Part shown: positions 36,508 through 45,546 of the stretch, one piece after another
Position numbering within the stretch: the first letter of the stretch is position 1
Layout of the letters: the number at the start of each line of letters is the position of its first letter
Source of the DNA: a virus
Taxonomy: Duplodnaviria; Heunggongvirae; Uroviricota; Caudoviricetes
Reading direction: 5' to 3' (one strand)
Virus record (IMG/VR): IMGVR_UViG_3300043436_001089
DNA length: 64,000 bases
Position numbers and translations under genes: made by a program
Notes under the pieces: model-generated
Told to the model about the DNA's origin: nothing
What the model saw: only the letters and a program-made list of their open reading frames with translations
The model's database searches: none

Positions 36508-36536
36508 ATTGTACACCCAAAGAAGTTAGTTGTCAA
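36508..36536 (-). promoter_or_regulatory. Sigma70-like promoter copy h (TTGACA-17-TACAAT)
   Basis: attgta at 36508-36513, a 17-nt spacer, tgtcaa at 36531-36536. The flanks (acccaaagaagttagttgtcaacc) resemble the other copies. Confidence 0.55.
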
Positions 36537-36565
36537 CCTTTTTATTGGTTTTTATTTTGAATACG

Positions 36566-36994
36566 TTAACTAACCTCTGTGCGCCCATCGCCTAGATCCT
36601 TTGTTCTAACAATACGCATGTCCCTGTTCTCAGGGTCAGCTTGTTGCTGTTCATAGATTTCTAGTGCGATATTACGACAGACTGATTGGAACCATCTATC
36701 AACCATAACTTGGTCAGTGTCACTGTCTTTTTGTTTGTATCCTGCACGAATGAGATTTAGAATAAACTTATCATTCCAATCTAGTTCAAATGCACCGTTG
36801 TTGATATTAGCAGGATCAACTTCTACTTTGAGAATTGATACATAAGGCTCACCTGCTTGAGTTGCCTTCTCTTTTTCAGACAACACAGGTTCCGGCTTCT
36901 TTTCTTTAGGTGTACGTGTCTTACGTTCTTTTTTAGGTGCTTCAACCTTTATTGGTTCTGGCTTCTTGCCAAATAGTTTATCAAATAATCCCAT
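36566..36994 (-). CDS. Hypothetical protein with basic N-terminal tail
   Basis: 142-aa ORF. KKPEPIKVEAPKKERKTRTPKEKK at the N-terminus. Confidence 0.45.
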   Translation of the reverse strand: MGLFDKLFGKKPEPIKVEAPKKERKTRTPKEKKPEPVLSEKEKATQAGEPYVSILKVEVDPANINNGAFELDWNDKFILNLIRAGYKQKDSDTDQVMVDRWFQSVCRNIALEIYEQQQADPENRDMRIVRTKDLGDGRTEVS

Positions 36995-36995
36995 A

Positions 36996-37475
36996 TTAGT
37001 CCTCTTTTATTTCCATCCATGTATGATCGCCCATGTATTTAACTTGCGTGACATACTCATAAGATTCCGGTACACCTGTCGACCAATCATTGGGACCGGT
37101 ATGTACAAGCAACGTCTTTTCTTTTCTTTTTTCCCATACTAACCAGTATGTGTTTCCCATTACAATTTGAAATTGATATTCTGCGGCATGTACTGCATCT
37201 GTTACTTCTAGCCTACGTTTAATATCTAGTGCTTGTTTTTGCAATACATTCACAATGTCCATGATTCTATCATACTCTTGCTGGGCATACATCCTAGCAT
37301 GATTAATCATGATATCTTTTTGCTTTGTAACAGGAATCAAGTCAAACTTTGGACCTCCTGCTTCGGTAGGATACTCACTCACATTCCTATTAAAGAAGTG
37401 AATTAAGTTTCCAGTGCTAGTACTATCGTAGCTATGCACACCGTTAGCAGAATTATTATCGTTTGGCATGTTCAA
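36996..37475 (-). CDS. Hypothetical protein
   Basis: 159-aa ORF. Confidence 0.45.
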   Translation of the reverse strand: MNMPNDNNSANGVHSYDSTSTGNLIHFFNRNVSEYPTEAGGPKFDLIPVTKQKDIMINHARMYAQQEYDRIMDIVNVLQKQALDIKRRLEVTDAVHAAEYQFQIVMGNTYWLVWEKRKEKTLLVHTGPNDWSTGVPESYEYVTQVKYMGDHTWMEIKED

Positions 37476-38478
37476 GTAGTTTGAAGCTTGCTAAGTTCTT
37501 ACCCTTAGCCTCACACATGATATCAAAGTTATCATTGAATGTCAATGCCCAATCGTTCACTGCATCATTCCAGAAGTAGTCACTGTGAGCACGTAGTTTT
37601 TGTTTGCTGTGTCCACTTGCAATCAAAGCCGCCTGGTCGGGTAATTGGTTACTGTCGTGTCCGACAAGTACGTCCTCCCGAGATACACTGTAATGGATAG
37701 TAGGGCGAACGCCACGCCAACTATCAATAACCTTTTTAGCAAGGTCACTATTACAGTCAATATAGGTTCCCTCACGAATCCAATTATGGTGAATGTCCAA
37801 GACCGTAGGGACGAGGTCAGATAATGATAAGCAGTCAGATAGTCCATGTGTGTATTCTTCGTTTTCTAGTGTTAGTGTGTTACGTGCCTCAGGAGACAGA
37901 CGACCAAATACATCCCTGATGCCCTGAGGACCTTTGCGACCAGAAATGTGTACGTTGATTTTCATGTCTTGAAAAGTTTTGCCATAGCCCATAAAACGTG
38001 CCATGTCTGCATGATATTCAAATTCTTCAATACTCTTATTTACTACCTCGTCACGGTCACTTGCTAAAACAACGAATTGGTCAGGGTGAAATGACAAACG
38101 AACATTGTTAGCACGTGCTGTTTCACCGATGGGTGCCATCCAACGTGCTAGATTAGATTGAACATCACTTGAATGCCAAAAGTCTTTGTAGTCATCATGA
38201 GTGTAAAAGCTAAACATGTCGGATGTAATGCGCAACATACGCAATTCAGGCTCTAGTGTTGCAACTTTTTTGACAAGTGCGTGTGTAGCGAGAATGTTGC
38301 TTTTTGCTACGTCAATAATTTTTTGTTCTACTGCGGCACGATTGTTACGCTTTGCCCATGCTAGTGTAGTGCCACCTGTGTTCAGTCCCTCAACAGACGC
38401 AATCTCGCCTTTCTTGTTAATTTCAGCGAATTTACAAGCAAAACCGATGCGTTTAGTAGTAATGTCAAAAGAGTGCAT
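37456..38478 (-). CDS. UV damage endonuclease (UvdE/UvsE family)
   Basis: RIGFACKF, SFHPDQFVVLAS, INVHISG, LTLENEEYTH, HYSVSRE, SGHSKQKLRAHSDY and IMCEAKGKNLA align with B. subtilis UvsE blocks from memory. The start is taken at MHSFDIT. Confidence 0.75.
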   Translation of the reverse strand: MHSFDITTKRIGFACKFAEINKKGEIASVEGLNTGGTTLAWAKRNNRAAVEQKIIDVAKSNILATHALVKKVATLEPELRMLRITSDMFSFYTHDDYKDFWHSSDVQSNLARWMAPIGETARANNVRLSFHPDQFVVLASDRDEVVNKSIEEFEYHADMARFMGYGKTFQDMKINVHISGRKGPQGIRDVFGRLSPEARNTLTLENEEYTHGLSDCLSLSDLVPTVLDIHHNWIREGTYIDCNSDLAKKVIDSWRGVRPTIHYSVSREDVLVGHDSNQLPDQAALIASGHSKQKLRAHSDYFWNDAVNDWALTFNDNFDIMCEAKGKNLASFKLLEHAKR

Positions 38479-38554
38479 AAGAGTCCATAGTGATAAATAA
38501 TAGATGTAGTGTAGCATACCTACGCAATAAAGTCAACTATTTACGGAAACTACA

Positions 38555-38977
38555 ATGAAAGCAACCGAATTTATTACAGAAGCAGCCAATTCAGCGCAAC
38601 AAGCCGCTATTGCCATTTCTAAAAAGAAAGAGCAAGGGTTGGATGAGGATTGGCAGAAAGTCAATAAGAAGGACAAGACTGATGGCATGAGCAGTAAAGC
38701 AGTCAAAGCATATCGTAGAGAGAATCCGGGTAGCAAGCTAAAGACCGCAGTCACAACTAAACCTTCAAAATTGAAGAAGGGTAGCAAGAGTGCTAAACGC
38801 CGTAAATCATTCTGCGCACGTATGAGCGGTATGAAGAAGGCACATGCTAGTGCTAAGACTAAACGAGATCCGGATAGCCCAATCAACAAAGCATTACGCC
38901 GTTGGAACTGTGAATCAGTTGAGCAAATGCAAGAATTAGTAATGATTGCCGAACAGAAAATTAGGAATATGAAATGA
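38555..38977 (+). CDS. Hypothetical very basic protein (plus-strand island)
   Basis: 140 aa, Lys/Arg-rich (KKGSKSAKRRKSF). The opposite-strand ORF 38533-38988 has antisense-like Leu/Ser composition. Confidence 0.45.
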   Translation: MKATEFITEAANSAQQAAIAISKKKEQGLDEDWQKVNKKDKTDGMSSKAVKAYRRENPGSKLKTAVTTKPSKLKKGSKSAKRRKSFCARMSGMKKAHASAKTKRDPDSPINKALRRWNCESVEQMQELVMIAEQKIRNMK

Positions 38978-40470
38978 AAATCAGACATTTAATGGAAGGC
39001 ACTGAGCCAAAGATGCCCGGCGCACCCAGTGGTATACAAATTATGACACCTCAGCAATTCGTTGCTAAAGCTGGTGACATGCCCGGTGAAGAATCAGAAG
39101 AAGGTGTGGCGGAAGTTAGTGATGCTACGCTAACCAGTTATCTAACAAAATTAGATAGAGATAACCTTAAGCACAGAATGGATCCCACAAAACGCAGTGA
39201 CGCAAAACGTATGAAAAGTGGTCCTAATTTTGTTAAAGCGTTTACCAAATTGGATAATAGAAAGCAAGGTGTGGCGGAAGGTGAAGAACACTTATCAAGA
39301 ATTCGTAAACTATCTGGCTTAGAAGAAGCAACTAAACTACCAGCACAAAGTCGTGAGTTTGGTGGTGATGAGTTTCAAGACTATATGAAGCGTATTGTCG
39401 GTACACCCGATGTAGACAAAGCAGGTAATGTCAAGACTGACAAGAAGGGCAATGAAAAGTATGTGTCTGGTAAAACTAAGAGTGACAGATACAAGATGCC
39501 CTACATCCATCGTTCAAGTGTAGTGTCATACTTAAGTCCTGATGGTAAGACATATGATGAAGACGCAGTTAAGAAGACATTAGCAATTCGTCCTAAAGCA
39601 TTATTAAAGCAAAACGAAAAGATGAAGCACAGTAACGGTGAGTTTGAACAATTCTTTAACGTTGGCTTTGCAGCATTGACTGGTATCGCACTAGATGAAC
39701 AAACTAACAACTTAATCATTGTTAATACATGTCCAGGTGCTGGCTCATGTAAAGTAGATTGTTTCGCTATGAAGGGTGGTAAAGTTCAGTTCCAAGGTCC
39801 GTGGCAAAGTGACGGTCGTATCTTGACATATCTATTGAACGACCCAGATGGTTTCTTCAACCAACTAAGTGCCGAGATTACAAAAGAATCTGAAGCAGGT
39901 AAAAAGGGCGATAAGAAATTCCCTAATGGTTGGCAAACAACTGTTCGTTGGCACGATGCTGGCGACTTCTTCAGCCCAGAATACTTAGACTTAGCATTGA
40001 AGATGGCTGCAAAGCACCCTGATGTTAAGTTCTATGCCTACACTAAGATGGCTGGCGCCGCTCTTGCTAAAAAGCCAGACAACTTCATTATCAACTGGAG
40101 TGAAGGTGCTCATACAAGCCAAGAGAAACAAGTCAAGGCAAGCGATGCTAACTTAGATACAACTAAGAACAGTCGCATTGTCCCTGACGAACTATTCCAA
40201 GATTTGTTAGTTAAGGACGAAAAGAAGAACTTAGTTAAAGGGGAACAAGGCCAATGGCAAGTACAACCTGACAAGTTACCTGAACTAAAACAAAGATTGG
40301 CCAGTGAGTATGGACTAAGTGCTAACAGTATCTTATCATATGATGAATATATGGCTAAGCGCAAATCAATCCCTCAAGGTATGAAGTACAATGTTATCGT
40401 TGCCCCGGGTGAAGGTGATATCAGTGCTAATGACCAAAATATTATATCAACATTGCTATTGAGACACTAA
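38974..40470 (+). CDS. Hypothetical 498-aa protein (plus-strand island)
   Basis: Shine-Dalgarno AGGAA before ATG 38974. A Cys cluster CPGAGSCKVDC is present. No family recognised. Confidence 0.5.
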   Translation: MKIRHLMEGTEPKMPGAPSGIQIMTPQQFVAKAGDMPGEESEEGVAEVSDATLTSYLTKLDRDNLKHRMDPTKRSDAKRMKSGPNFVKAFTKLDNRKQGVAEGEEHLSRIRKLSGLEEATKLPAQSREFGGDEFQDYMKRIVGTPDVDKAGNVKTDKKGNEKYVSGKTKSDRYKMPYIHRSSVVSYLSPDGKTYDEDAVKKTLAIRPKALLKQNEKMKHSNGEFEQFFNVGFAALTGIALDEQTNNLIIVNTCPGAGSCKVDCFAMKGGKVQFQGPWQSDGRILTYLLNDPDGFFNQLSAEITKESEAGKKGDKKFPNGWQTTVRWHDAGDFFSPEYLDLALKMAAKHPDVKFYAYTKMAGAALAKKPDNFIINWSEGAHTSQEKQVKASDANLDTTKNSRIVPDELFQDLLVKDEKKNLVKGEQGQWQVQPDKLPELKQRLASEYGLSANSILSYDEYMAKRKSIPQGMKYNVIVAPGEGDISANDQNIISTLLLRH

Positions 40471-41286
40471 TAACAACTGATCCATCGTATACAAGTTACG
40501 CATATAGGGTGATACGTTCTCTAATACAGAGACCTCAATATCACCCTTTCTTCTTGGGCCCTTTATTACGTCAAAGTCAACATCATTGACTTTCTGAAAT
40601 AAGTTAACAATTTCTTTGACAGTATATCCCACACCATGACCTAGACATTCTATACCATTACTAGGTTTCTCAATTGCTTGCATCAATGCATCGCATATCT
40701 CATTGACATGAACATAGTCCCTGACACAAGTTCCGTCGCTTGTTCTTTCGTAGTCAGTACCAAAGATAGTAAACTCACCGGTCTCACGTGCTTTTATTAA
40801 ATTGTACATTAACCCGTCAGGATTAGTTGGAGCAAAGCCATCACTACCAATCACGTTGTAAAAACGAAAGATGGTATGTGGTGTAGGTCTGTGTTTTGTG
40901 CAGAATTCTTTAACAACATCCTCTGCCGCACGTTTACTAATACCATAAGCACTTTCACAACCATCTGCGGCACCGGTGCTAGCAAAGATAAAGTTCTTGG
41001 TCTTTATCTTATTCAATATATTCATAGTACCATTCAGGTTAGTAATGTAGTATTGAATAGGTATATGTTCGCTCTCTCCGACATTGACCAATGCAGCCAA
41101 ATGAATGACTGCATCATAATCGTTATCTAATACAAACTGTCTACGAATGTCTATTGTATTATGAGCTTTAGGTTCGATTTGCGGAGGGTTAATATCAAGC
41201 CCGTGAACTTCATATTCATCTTGTAACATCTTTGTTAGATGTGAACCAATGTAACCCGAGTTACCTGTAATTAAAATCTTCTTCAT
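40456..41286 (-). CDS. NAD-dependent epimerase/dehydratase (short-chain, GalE-like)
   Basis: Rossmann motif ITGNSGYIGSHL and a catalytic YGISK (YxxxK). 276 aa. Confidence 0.8.
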   Translation of the reverse strand: MKKILITGNSGYIGSHLTKMLQDEYEVHGLDINPPQIEPKAHNTIDIRRQFVLDNDYDAVIHLAALVNVGESEHIPIQYYITNLNGTMNILNKIKTKNFIFASTGAADGCESAYGISKRAAEDVVKEFCTKHRPTPHTIFRFYNVIGSDGFAPTNPDGLMYNLIKARETGEFTIFGTDYERTSDGTCVRDYVHVNEICDALMQAIEKPSNGIECLGHGVGYTVKEIVNLFQKVNDVDFDVIKGPRRKGDIEVSVLENVSPYMRNLYTMDQLLLVSQ

Positions 41287-42647
41287 AATCCATCGAACAA
41301 GCTTGCACCTGTTTCTTCCTCTTCTGGTCTAAATGTAGGGTCTTTACTCAAGTAAGTATCGTTGTCGGTATACCATACGTTGATAAACTTATACTTGTTT
41401 GACAGCACTGATTCAAAATCCTCACGTGCTAAATGTTTGCGACCTAAGTCTTTGATATAATCACGGTACTTGATTGTCTCATATGTGTTGATCTTTGCCG
41501 AATTCGTATTACTGCGCTTTCCCACAAAGTCATCTAAAAACTTCACCCACTTAAGTGCTACTTGGTCGTCAAGTTGTTTGACATAATCAAGTGCCAAAGA
41601 AGGTTGATCTATTGCATACAACTGTTTGATTGTACTGGCTGCGTTACTAACATGAACTTTGTGATAGAAAATACTGTCAAAGTTATCTGACCAGTCTTGG
41701 TTATCTAACACAACACAAGGCATATGACCCAGACATTCTAAAAATGCAAAGGGATAGTTTTCACGCAAACTGGGCATAAAGAACACACTAGCACTACGGA
41801 CAAAGTCTACTTTCTCTTTACCGGTGATGCCTGCTTTGATTTCATAATCAGTAATACCCGCGTCTTGAAATGCTTTCTCGAACTTCTTTTGCCCGTTACT
41901 GTTAGTCATTACTTTACACGGTAATTGAGCTTCCTTCATAACTTTAATGTATGCTTCTGGGTTCTTGCCCTCTTCCCATCTACCAATGAACAATACACCC
42001 TTCTTGTCCCCTGTGTATTCTTCTAACAAGCCACGTTCACTCATTGGCATAGGTAGTAACTGGCAGTTAGTTGCACCATGTTTAGTTAGTTCATCAATGT
42101 TCTTTTGACTTTGCGTACCGATAATGATATCACTGAACTCCATATGCTTGTTATAGAAGTTGTGATAGCTATCCAAGAACACATCACTACCTTGACTTTC
42201 GCGGAAGATCATGCTATGCAAGTGAGTATAGAACACTACTGGAATATACTTGTTGACTGTCATTGCATACGCCGCAGTCATTGCTTCTTGTGTGTTGCAA
42301 ACAATCATGTCATATGCATTTTCTTCAAATGCTTCTAACAATGCTGTCCTAAAGTTGATAATCTTTTCAAAGTTTACGGTATCGCTAAATGCAAACGTAG
42401 CAGTATGGTTGTTGTATCGTAGTGGTTCTAAGGGCCATACTAAATTAGCACCTGCGTTTTCTACTACTTTGTCAAAAGTACCAGTCGGTGCTTTGTCTAA
42501 GATGATATCGACTTTCCAATTCAATCGACTACACATTTCTGTAAAGCTTTTACAGAATGAACCAATGCCCCCGTGGGGGATAAAGTGCTGGTCGCTTATT
42601 AAGAATGCAATTCGTTTATTATACAGTTTCATTCTGTCTTGCCCCAT
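41283..42647 (-). CDS. Glycosyltransferase, GT-B fold (GT4-like)
   Basis: FIGRWEEGKNP is an EX7E-type GT4 motif. 454 aa. Confidence 0.65.
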   Translation of the reverse strand: MGQDRMKLYNKRIAFLISDQHFIPHGGIGSFCKSFTEMCSRLNWKVDIILDKAPTGTFDKVVENAGANLVWPLEPLRYNNHTATFAFSDTVNFEKIINFRTALLEAFEENAYDMIVCNTQEAMTAAYAMTVNKYIPVVFYTHLHSMIFRESQGSDVFLDSYHNFYNKHMEFSDIIIGTQSQKNIDELTKHGATNCQLLPMPMSERGLLEEYTGDKKGVLFIGRWEEGKNPEAYIKVMKEAQLPCKVMTNSNGQKKFEKAFQDAGITDYEIKAGITGKEKVDFVRSASVFFMPSLRENYPFAFLECLGHMPCVVLDNQDWSDNFDSIFYHKVHVSNAASTIKQLYAIDQPSLALDYVKQLDDQVALKWVKFLDDFVGKRSNTNSAKINTYETIKYRDYIKDLGRKHLAREDFESVLSNKYKFINVWYTDNDTYLSKDPTFRPEEEETGASLFDGL

Positions 42648-42832
42648 TTAATTTTGAGCCAAATGCGTTCATGAATGTAGTAGTCAATACTTAATAATAC
42701 ATGCAATGCAGTAGCAAAGCCTGCCGAATTACCTAAATTTCCCGTGAACATATATGTCCAAAAAATTGTAAATAACCATGCAGTAAGTCTGTACGTTATC
42801 ATTCTAACTACCGTTCTTTTTTTAGTTTCCAT
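42629..42832 (-). CDS. Small membrane protein
   Basis: 67 aa with two hydrophobic helices. Confidence 0.4.
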   Translation of the reverse strand: METKKRTVVRMITYRLTAWLFTIFWTYMFTGNLGNSAGFATALHVLLSIDYYIHERIWLKIKWGKTE

Positions 42833-43068
42833 TATACTATTCCTTTAAGTTTTGCTATTATAAATTCATTTTTTTTGTACCAGCGATCTTCAAACATCAC
42901 ATCGCCTGGGCCAAGTAACATAGCAGTTTGCTTATATGCATTTTCCATACATATAGTCTTACCACTAATGTGACATTTTTTCGGGAAGATTGCATATTTA
43001 AGTTCTGTACCTACACAGCATCTTTTAAAAGAATCTCCCATCGTTACACTGCCTATACTGTCTAGCAT
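42832..43068 (-). CDS. Hypothetical small Cys-containing protein
   Basis: 78-aa ORF. Confidence 0.4.
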   Translation of the reverse strand: MLDSIGSVTMGDSFKRCCVGTELKYAIFPKKCHISGKTICMENAYKQTAMLLGPGDVMFEDRWYKKNEFIIAKLKGIV

Positions 43069-43072
43069 TATG

Positions 43073-43255
43073 TTACCAACTAGTTACGTCAGTGATATCC
43101 ATCTTGATTGACTGCTTAGGGTCAAATTCAATAGTGGTAGTAGGACCTATACCACTAGTAGATTCTTCTGTTAATACAACTCTGTCAAGGTCGTACATTT
43201 CAAATACTTCCTTCAGTTTCTCAAATTGATTTCTTGTGATTACGATTTGTTTCAT
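43073..43255 (-). CDS. Hypothetical small protein
   Basis: 60-aa ORF. Confidence 0.35.
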   Translation of the reverse strand: MKQIVITRNQFEKLKEVFEMYDLDRVVLTEESTSGIGPTTTIEFDPKQSIKMDITDVTSW

Positions 43256-43485
43256 GTGTCAACTCCGTATACCTGTTTAATCCATTGCCTCATTGAGATA
43301 TTTTGAAACTCAACATTACTGTCACGCTTGCCACCTGGGTAAACAACAAACAGTTCGTTAGCCACATCTTTAATAATCAACTCAGCGAACTTATCAGCAT
43401 GTTCTACTCCCATCCATTTGCCGCTTGTATCAGTACCGGCATTCTTCATCATTTCTTTAATTCGTTCATTCATCAGGTGCCCCAT
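43252..43485 (-). CDS. Hypothetical small protein
   Basis: 77-aa ORF. Confidence 0.4.
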   Translation of the reverse strand: MGHLMNERIKEMMKNAGTDTSGKWMGVEHADKFAELIIKDVANELFVVYPGGKRDSNVEFQNISMRQWIKQVYGVDT

Positions 43486-44321
43486 TCGTTCTTAAACAAC
43501 GGTACTTGAAGTCTGTCACTGTAGCGCCATCCTCTGTTCATTGCCGCGATTGCTACATTCTTAGCGTTCATGCTATATAATGATTCAACCCCACCGCAAG
43601 GCATCAAGTATACGGGACCAGTAAAGCCACGCTTACGATATTCGTCAACTGCTTGTTCTGCTTCTCGTACATCATCTTCTGTAGCAACTACGAATTTCAA
43701 ATAAACAAAACCATACTGCTTATACTGAGAAATTACGTCAGGACAAATTGCTTCTTCCCACTTCTCACCGCTAATAGATAGCTTAGGACTGACTGAAAAA
43801 GTGATAGCATCTTTAGCACGATTGCGTTGCCATTCACGTATGTAGTTACCAAACTCCGGAGTAATGAGTTGTGTACCATTTGTCTCAAAGGTCATCTCTT
43901 TGAGACTTCTCATTTTCTCATGTGAAAGTAAGTCAGGATACGCTCTTTGCCATCCGAGAAGAGGTTCGCCGCCCGTAATAACAAGGTGCTCATCCATCCA
44001 ACGACCTCTAGGAAGTGTACCAACAATGCTGTCAGCAATAGAATCGGTGTCAAGCACAGGACTAAGATGTTTAAAAGCAGGGTCCCAAGATGCATAACTA
44101 TCACATCCCGTACTGACAAGTGGTAAGGATTTATAATCTGTAAAAGTTTCTGCTTTAATTGCAATTGTTTCCCTTTCTAAGCTCATTTCTCCCTTTGGCA
44201 TACCAAAGCCACCGCAAGTAAAGTTGCAACCGAATGTTCGTAAGAACACACTAGGGACTCCCATAAACTTGCCTTCACCTTGAATGCTGTAGAATAATTC
44301 TGAAATTTTAAGTTGACTCAT
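43473..44321 (-). CDS. queE: 7-carboxy-7-deazaguanine synthase QueE-like radical SAM enzyme (atypical Cys spacing)
   Basis: ELFYSIQGEGKFMGVPSVFLRTFGCN, HLVITGGEP, FETNGT and SVSPK align with E. coli QueE blocks. The cluster motif reads CNFTC and the third Cys is about 37 residues later (STGCDSY). Confidence 0.7.
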   Translation of the reverse strand: MSQLKISELFYSIQGEGKFMGVPSVFLRTFGCNFTCGGFGMPKGEMSLERETIAIKAETFTDYKSLPLVSTGCDSYASWDPAFKHLSPVLDTDSIADSIVGTLPRGRWMDEHLVITGGEPLLGWQRAYPDLLSHEKMRSLKEMTFETNGTQLITPEFGNYIREWQRNRAKDAITFSVSPKLSISGEKWEEAICPDVISQYKQYGFVYLKFVVATEDDVREAEQAVDEYRKRGFTGPVYLMPCGGVESLYSMNAKNVAIAAMNRGWRYSDRLQVPLFKNEWGT

Positions 44322-45396
44322 AATTTTTTATACTGTGTAAGTTTCCCAAGATAATTCTAGGGCTGTTGAAGATCGGATCTTGTAATAGATCCTGCAATTC
44401 TTTCTTTTCCAATTCGGGCATTTCAAAATTTGTATGAAATGCAGAGTCAGACAAGTGACCCCATTGTACTACTAAGTTGAAGTAAACGCTAGTCAAATGG
44501 CTATATTCAAGTTGCCATTTTGCAAAGTCTACTATCTCTTTGTAGTTGTTGCGCTGTACAGTGAAGTTAGTTTGGAACTGTTTTAAATTTTTAAATGACC
44601 CATTCTTTATGATTTCATTCAATGATTCTAAGTTCCTTTTCACTTTATCTAGTGATCCGTTTTTCCGTACAACTGAGTAAGTGTCATTAGTTGCCGCATC
44701 AATACTGATATTGATATGACTGATGCTATCCCACAAATGTTGCATGTCATTTAATCGAGAGTCTGTCATTAAGATACCGTTAGTTAACAATTTCAATGAT
44801 AGATTTTCATTAGGTTCTAGATTCTTAATATAGTTCCAATAGGTAGGACTAGCGAATGCATCACCGCTGCCTGTGATGTTCAACGTTAGCTTTTCACCTC
44901 GACTTAACAGATAGTCAATCAATTCTTTGACTCGATTATGCACACGTGTTATCAATGCATTTTCGTCTAATTGAAACAATATCAATTCATTTCTACAGCT
45001 AGGGCATTGTAAGTTACATGATTGGTCATAACTAAAGTTAATAACAATAGGCTGTCGTGCTTTCTCATGTTGAAGCATAGGTAAAGGAACTATGTATCCC
45101 GGTATATGCTTCCCATTAAGTATAGAGTTAATGAAAGGACAATGGTCATTACATTCAGTAAACTTACCCTTATCCATATCATTGATTAATGATACTCTGT
45201 TGAAGTTAGTTAGTATCTCTTCCGGAGTATCAGTTAACACATTGCCGAACATCTTAGGTAACCAAGAAAAACAACAGACAGATATATCACCTGAAGGGTG
45301 TATCTCAATATATTTTGATATACGGTAGCATCCATAACTAGTTAGTTTGGATTCAGGAACTATATACTTATCTGCTGATTTTATAACGTAATGCAT
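44308..45396 (-). CDS. Radical SAM enzyme with extra N-terminal Cys-rich domain
   Basis: Canonical CNLQCPSC (CX3CX2C). N-terminal Cys cluster CCFSW...CNDHCPF. 362 aa. Confidence 0.65.
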   Translation of the reverse strand: MHYVIKSADKYIVPESKLTSYGCYRISKYIEIHPSGDISVCCFSWLPKMFGNVLTDTPEEILTNFNRVSLINDMDKGKFTECNDHCPFINSILNGKHIPGYIVPLPMLQHEKARQPIVINFSYDQSCNLQCPSCRNELILFQLDENALITRVHNRVKELIDYLLSRGEKLTLNITGSGDAFASPTYWNYIKNLEPNENLSLKLLTNGILMTDSRLNDMQHLWDSISHINISIDAATNDTYSVVRKNGSLDKVKRNLESLNEIIKNGSFKNLKQFQTNFTVQRNNYKEIVDFAKWQLEYSHLTSVYFNLVVQWGHLSDSAFHTNFEMPELEKKELQDLLQDPIFNSPRIILGNLHSIKNYEST

Positions 45397-45546
45397 TACC
45401 AGTGCCTAATCACGCCTGCAACAATAAACAAGTTTGTTGTTATGTATGACAACACAATTAAAGAACGAATGATAGCAACACTGTCAGACTCCTGATCCGT
45501 AGCGCCGGCTTTCTCCCCTAGTGCTTTCGCCCAGATACGCCAAAGA

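Noticed and set aside
38533-38988. 151-aa minus-strand ORF in the track overlapping the plus-strand basic protein gene
   Set aside because: Its Leu/Ser/Ala-rich composition is typical of the antisense frame of a Lys/Ala-rich gene. The plus-strand ORFs have Shine-Dalgarno support, and a plus-strand reading gives a continuous two-gene island.
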